Origin: Oscillospiraceae bacterium
GTDB taxonomy: Bacteria; Bacillota; Clostridia; Oscillospirales; Ruminococcaceae
Reading direction: 5' to 3'
Length of the DNA stretch: 41,157 bases
NCBI GenBank assembly: GCA_030538855.1
Contig: JAUNTE010000001.1
Coordinates: 1 to 41,157 of the forward strand
Shown: positions 37,457 to 41,157 of the stretch, piece after piece
Position numbering within the stretch: position 1 is the stretch's first letter
Layout of the letters: each line of letters begins with the position of its first letter
The notes under the pieces: model-generated
What the model was told of the DNA's origin: nothing
The model's input: the letters and a program-made list of their open reading frames with translations, nothing else
The model's database searches: none
Position numbers and translations under genes: made by a program

Positions 37457-37940
37457 AAGAGGTAACGGCCCCGTAAACCCTGTGAAACACACCGGAAAAG
37501 AGGAAAAAGACATTTTTGCCTGAGAAGGCGTGGACGCGCAGAGGAGAGAGTGCGCCGTGAAATTTTGCTTCCCCTTGCAAACAACCTTGCGGCTTTTTAA
37601 AAGACCCGGGCAGATAAAACAGGCAGGACGGAGACGAAGGACGCCGGGGCTACCGGTTTATTTTTGCGGCTTTTGCCGTTTGGGTTTGTTTTGAGCCCGG
37701 CGGGAAAATGCACAGAGAAAGGGCCTGCCGTCTGTCTGCACAGACAACAAGCCCTTGCGGCTGCTTGATAATGTTTTTTGGCTAACTTTTTTGGGGGCTT
37801 TACAAACGGTGAAAGTTCCCTTTTGCTGGTATGGAACATACATGATCGCCCACGTGGCACTCGAAAAATCGCAGACGGAGAGAAACGCGGCAAACCGGCA
37901 CGGATAAGTGCTGTGCCGGAAAGGGCGGCAAAAAATAGTA

Positions 37941-37966
37941 TACCCTAAGCGGACAAAGGGCAGCAC
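37941..37966. repeat. Left arm of a 21-bp perfect (about 26-bp extended) inverted repeat
   Basis: TACCC-TAAGCGGACAAAGGGCAGCAC. The reverse complement is at 38136-38163. Confidence 0.9.
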
Positions 37967-38135
37967 AGTTTTTCGAAACGGAAATAACAGCCGGCTGCCA
38001 TTTCCGCTCTTGAAAAGCTTCACAGGATCTGTCGGTGAGCTGAAATGGGGGCTGACAAAGCCATAGGGTGAAGGCGGCCTTGTCCGCCCGCCGAACCCGA
38101 GACCGCCGCCAGCGCCTTTTTTGCCGCCGGCAGGC

Positions 38136-38163
38136 GTGCTGCCCTTTGTCCGCTTAATGGGTA
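38136..38163. repeat. Right arm of the inverted repeat
   Basis: GTGCTGCCCTTTGTCCGCTTA-AT-GGGTA. It encloses 169 nt together with the left arm. Confidence 0.9.
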
Positions 38164-38176
38164 GAGGGATACGGCA

Positions 38177-38216
38177 GAGAAAACAACGTCAGGAGCCCGC
38201 TGCGGGGGTCTGACGG
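38177..38216 (-). terminator. Intrinsic terminator of the MFS / phospholipase-C-like operon
   Basis: Minus strand reads CGTCAGACCCCCGCAGCGGGCTCCTGACG followed by TTGTTTTCTCT. Confidence 0.6.
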
Positions 38217-38392
38217 GGAAAATGCCCGGCGGCTGCATAAAGGCGGCCTGTTTACGGCGGCAAGTATCGCGTTGATACGGCGGAGAGGCCGCGGTATGGG
38301 GGCTGCGCATCCGCTTTAGAATACAGGAATTTGCCCACGGCTGGGACGCGTCATGCGTTTTACGCAAGAGGGGCTGTACATACCGGCCGCCT

Positions 38393-39304
38393 TTACGACG
38401 GCACGGCTGTTTTGTATTTGGGCGCTTTTTTCCAGCTGAGGCCGGTCTCGTAGCTGAGATTGCCCACATTGCGCGACAGGGTGGAGGGGGCAAGCCGCCC
38501 CTCCCAATATTTGCGGGCGGACCGCATGAGCGCGGCGCAGCGGCTTTCCGCCTCGGTTAAAATGGCCTCGGCCCCGCCGTCTTTTTCCTCGCCTGAAAAG
38601 GGGTCTGTCCAGGCCTTAGGCAGATGTTTTTTTAAACGGGCGGGCGTCATATGGCAGGTGATAAATCCGCGTTTATGAAAGGCGATCAGCTCGGCAATGC
38701 CCGCGGCGGCTTTTTTGATGTGCAGCGGAGAATAGAAAAAACGGCGCAGCAGCACCGCCTGATGGAAACAATCTGAAAGCGTGAGCGCCGAGAGCGAAAG
38801 GCCGTAAATTTCGGCAATGGAGACCCGCAGCAGCGCCACGACTTCAGCCAGGGCCTGACCCTTTAAAAGGCCGGTGTTCTCCCGCGCTTTGATTGCGCGG
38901 CGGCCGGTATCTTTTTTGTGCAGGGCGCTGTCCAGCGCAATCTCATACCGGCCATGGCCGTTGGGGATATGATAGGGCATCCCTTCGGCGGTTAAAAAAG
39001 CGATATAGGGGTGGGCCAGCGCATCCAGCGCGTAATGACATAAAAAACCCAGCACATAGCCCTTTTGGGCGGGCGTTTCGGCATGGGTGACCAGCGAGAG
39101 CAGAAATTCACCGCACTGTTCACGGTGCATCCGTACGCCCAAAGCGGGCAGGTCAGGGTCACGTTTTTTTGTCCAGGCGCGGTAAAAAAAGAAGAGGTCT
39201 GGCCCGTTGGCCCCGGCGTAAAAGGCCTGGCGGTTAAAAATGGGGATGTCTGCGCCGATGGCGGCAGCCCGGGCGGTACGGACATGGACGTATCCCTCAG
39301 GCAT
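38393..39304 (-). CDS. Zinc-dependent phospholipase C family protein (function unknown)
   Basis: MPEGYVHVRTA...GANGPDLFFFYRA...GVRMHRE...GFLCHYALDALAHPYI. This resembles the conserved pattern of that family as I remember it. I chose the ATG at 39304, which overlaps the MFS stop by 8 nt. Confidence 0.7.
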   Translation of the reverse strand: MPEGYVHVRTARAAAIGADIPIFNRQAFYAGANGPDLFFFYRAWTKKRDPDLPALGVRMHREQCGEFLLSLVTHAETPAQKGYVLGFLCHYALDALAHPYIAFLTAEGMPYHIPNGHGRYEIALDSALHKKDTGRRAIKARENTGLLKGQALAEVVALLRVSIAEIYGLSLSALTLSDCFHQAVLLRRFFYSPLHIKKAAAGIAELIAFHKRGFITCHMTPARLKKHLPKAWTDPFSGEEKDGGAEAILTEAESRCAALMRSARKYWEGRLAPSTLSRNVGNLSYETGLSWKKAPKYKTAVPS

Positions 39305-40643
39305 GACGGCCGCCTTCTTTCTTTTTAAGGTAGCGGGGCAGAATGATGAAATAACAGACGCAGGCCACCGCAAAGATGAGCAGCAGGCTTAAAACGCCCC
39401 ACGGGGCCGCCGCCTTTTCGATCAGCTCTTCAGGCATGGACGTCCCGCCTGCCCGTATAGCGTCCGCCGCAAGGCCGGATACCAGCGCCACCAGCGCGGG
39501 GCCCATGATGGCGGAAAATTTGCCGAAAATGTCATAAAAACCGAAAAATTCGCCCGAGCGCTTTTTATCCGGGATCATTTTGCCGTACATGCTGCGCGAC
39601 AGCGCCTGGATACCGCCCTGGCTGGTAGCCACCAGCACCGCCAAAAGCCAGAAGTGCCAGGCCTCGCTGATAAAAAAAGCGAAGATGGTGATAAAGCAGT
39701 AAATGCCGATGCCGACGCCCACCATGGCCCGCGCGCCGAAACGCGCGCTCAGTTTGATATATAAAAGTGCGAAGGGCAGGCCAAGCAGCTGCACCAGCAG
39801 CAGGGCCAGCAGCATAGAGGTTTGCCCAAGGCCCAGGGTGTCGCCGTAGCTGGTGCTCATGTGGATGATGGTGTTTACCCCGTCGATATAGAAAAAGTAG
39901 GACAGCAGAAAAACGAACAGCGCTTTATTTTTGAAGATCTCACGCCCGGTGGTAAACAGCTTGCCCAAGCTTTTGCGCACCGCATGAGGCTGCTTTTCAA
40001 CATAGCTTTTTTGCCGGACGTTTTTTAAAAGCGGAAAAGAGAATACCAGCCACCAAACCGCCGTCAGCCCGAAAGCCACGCTCATACAGACAAGCAGGTA
40101 TTCGCTGCCCAGCACAAGATTCATGATCAGAAAGATCAGCAGCGGGATGGTGCTGCCGCCGATATATCCCAGCCCATAGCCCATGGTGGAGACTTTGTCC
40201 ATGCGCTCGTCGCTGGTGACGTCGCTTAAAAAGCTGTCGTAATAAAGGTTTGCACCCGCAAAGCCAATGGTGGAGAGGATATACAGGATCAAAATGGCAA
40301 AGGCCAGCGATTCAAGAAAAGCGGGAGGCTTTTCAGGGCCGTATAAAAGGGGCGTGACGGCCAGAAACGCACAGGCGATAACGCCCAGCAGCATAAAGCC
40401 GGTGAACAGCCGTTTGCGCCAGCCTTTAAAGTCTCCGAAGGCGCCAAGTACCGGGGCCAGCAGCGCGACCACCAGCATGGCGATACTGGTGGCGTAGCCC
40501 CAGGTGTTCATGCCCTGGCTGGTGGCAATGGAATTGAAAAAAATGGGCAGGATGGTGACGACGATGACCGAGTGGGCGCTGTTTGCCCAGTCGTACATCA
40601 TCCAGCTTTTTTCCTCTTTGGTATATCCGCTTAAAAGCTTCAT
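39297..40643 (-). CDS. MFS transporter (UMF1/Atg22-like family)
   Basis: 448 aa, about 12 TM segments, with the N-terminal signature KEEKSWMMYDWANSAHS. Confidence 0.88.
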   Translation of the reverse strand: MKLLSGYTKEEKSWMMYDWANSAHSVIVVTILPIFFNSIATSQGMNTWGYATSIAMLVVALLAPVLGAFGDFKGWRKRLFTGFMLLGVIACAFLAVTPLLYGPEKPPAFLESLAFAILILYILSTIGFAGANLYYDSFLSDVTSDERMDKVSTMGYGLGYIGGSTIPLLIFLIMNLVLGSEYLLVCMSVAFGLTAVWWLVFSFPLLKNVRQKSYVEKQPHAVRKSLGKLFTTGREIFKNKALFVFLLSYFFYIDGVNTIIHMSTSYGDTLGLGQTSMLLALLLVQLLGLPFALLYIKLSARFGARAMVGVGIGIYCFITIFAFFISEAWHFWLLAVLVATSQGGIQALSRSMYGKMIPDKKRSGEFFGFYDIFGKFSAIMGPALVALVSGLAADAIRAGGTSMPEELIEKAAAPWGVLSLLLIFAVACVCYFIILPRYLKKKEGGRHA

Positions 40644-40790
40644 AAGTCAGGCTCCCGTCTGAAAAAGTAGGCCGCGCCCTGTTTTAAAAAAAGAGCGGCA
40701 GAAAATATTATTTCCCGTTTCTCTGTTATTTAGTGTAACATCCGGCCATAAAAACGGCAACCCGCTTTACAGTAAGAAAACGTACTTTTG

Positions 40791-40833
40791 ACAAAAAGAA
40801 AACAGAGAAAAAACAATTTGTTTTTTCTCTGTT
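40791..40833 (-). terminator. Intrinsic terminator
   Basis: Minus strand reads AACAGAGAAAAAACA-AAT-TGTTTTTTCTCTGTT followed by TTCTTTTTGT. Confidence 0.7.
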
Positions 40834-40851
40834 TTGCACAAATGCAGAAGG

Positions 40852-41157
40852 TCAGGAGAGATAGAGCGCCTCGGGCGGCGCGGTGAGGGCGAAGGCGCTG
40901 TCCAGCGTAAGTTCATAGCTGTGCAGCCAGGTATCGCCTGAAAACTGGTCGGCGTGAAAGGATACGGTGCGAAAGCCCTTTTCCCACAGGGGTTTAAAAA
41001 GCGTCTGGCACCGGGCGGCGAAAGCGGCCTCATCCTGAAAGTCTCCCGTCAGGGTGACGTGGGTGTGGGGCCGCCCCTCCCGCAGGGCGGTTTCAAGCGC
41101 GGGGGCCTCGCTGCCCCAATCACCCTGCAGATTAAAACGTACCGACAGAGAGAGGAT
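40852..41157 (-). CDS. Hypothetical protein, C-terminal fragment (gene runs off the right edge)
   Basis: Open minus-strand frame to the window edge: ...ILSLSVRFNLQGDWGSEAPALETALREGRPHTHVTLTGDFQDEAAFAARCQTLFKPLWEKGFRTVSFHADQFSGDTWLHSYELTLDSAFALTAPPEALYLS, stop at 40854-40852. Codon bias matches the host and a terminator follows. It is missing from the track because it has no internal Met. Confidence 0.5.
   Translation of the reverse strand: MLSLSVRFNLQGDWGSEAPALETALREGRPHTHVTLTGDFQDEAAFAARCQTLFKPLWEKGFRTVSFHADQFSGDTWLHSYELTLDSAFALTAPPEALYLS

Noticed and set aside
37941-38163. Inverted-repeat element considered as a retron msr/msd locus or as an invertible promoter.
   Set aside because: No reverse transcriptase ORF on either side. 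No convincing -35/-10 pair inside the 169-nt interior. The flanking genes are convergent, so a switchable promoter would have nothing to drive. These remain only as low-probability options in the finding.
37597-38493. Three overlapping minus-strand ORFs (98, 121 and 157 aa) in the convergent gap.
   Set aside because: Arg/Pro/Ala/Lys-rich, with no SD. They span terminators and the inverted repeat and have no recognisable motifs (checked specifically for reverse transcriptase or recombinase signatures by eye).

Overview
About 41 kb of a high-GC Firmicutes chromosome. From gene order and composition it looks Clostridia or Oscillospiraceae-like, but that is only a guess. The left third is housekeeping: the rimP-nusA-ylxR-ylxQ-infB-rbfA-nrnA-truB-ribF operon, then rpsO and pnp with structured leaders. 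The middle holds metG, bracketed by decayed accessory DNA. On one side is a frameshifted IS481-like element flanked by a 26-bp direct repeat. On the other is a 2.5-kb gene-poor stretch with a split secreted-protein gene, a small hydrophobic ORF, a vestigial type I-C-like CRISPR remnant and one copy of a two-copy conserved intergenic element. Next come tag, tatD, an ABC exporter and a CDF metal exporter behind a probable NiCo (czcD-type) riboswitch. The right part carries a cell-envelope and c-di-GMP neighbourhood: an EAL-LCP operon, a divergent GT2 gene, rmlA-rmlD-rmlB and a membrane GGDEF protein. It also has a birA/small-TM/XRE operon, proBA, a membrane-anchored protein, a 0.7-kb orphan non-coding gap with a 21-bp inverted-repeat-bounded element, and a phospholipase-C-like/MFS operon. 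I see no complete defence, toxin or mobile system among the protein-coding genes. The unusual signals are non-coding (repeat elements, the CRISPR remnant, the inverted-repeat element), and none could be verified without database searches. Many long ORFs in the track are antisense shadow ORFs typical of high-GC DNA and were not called.
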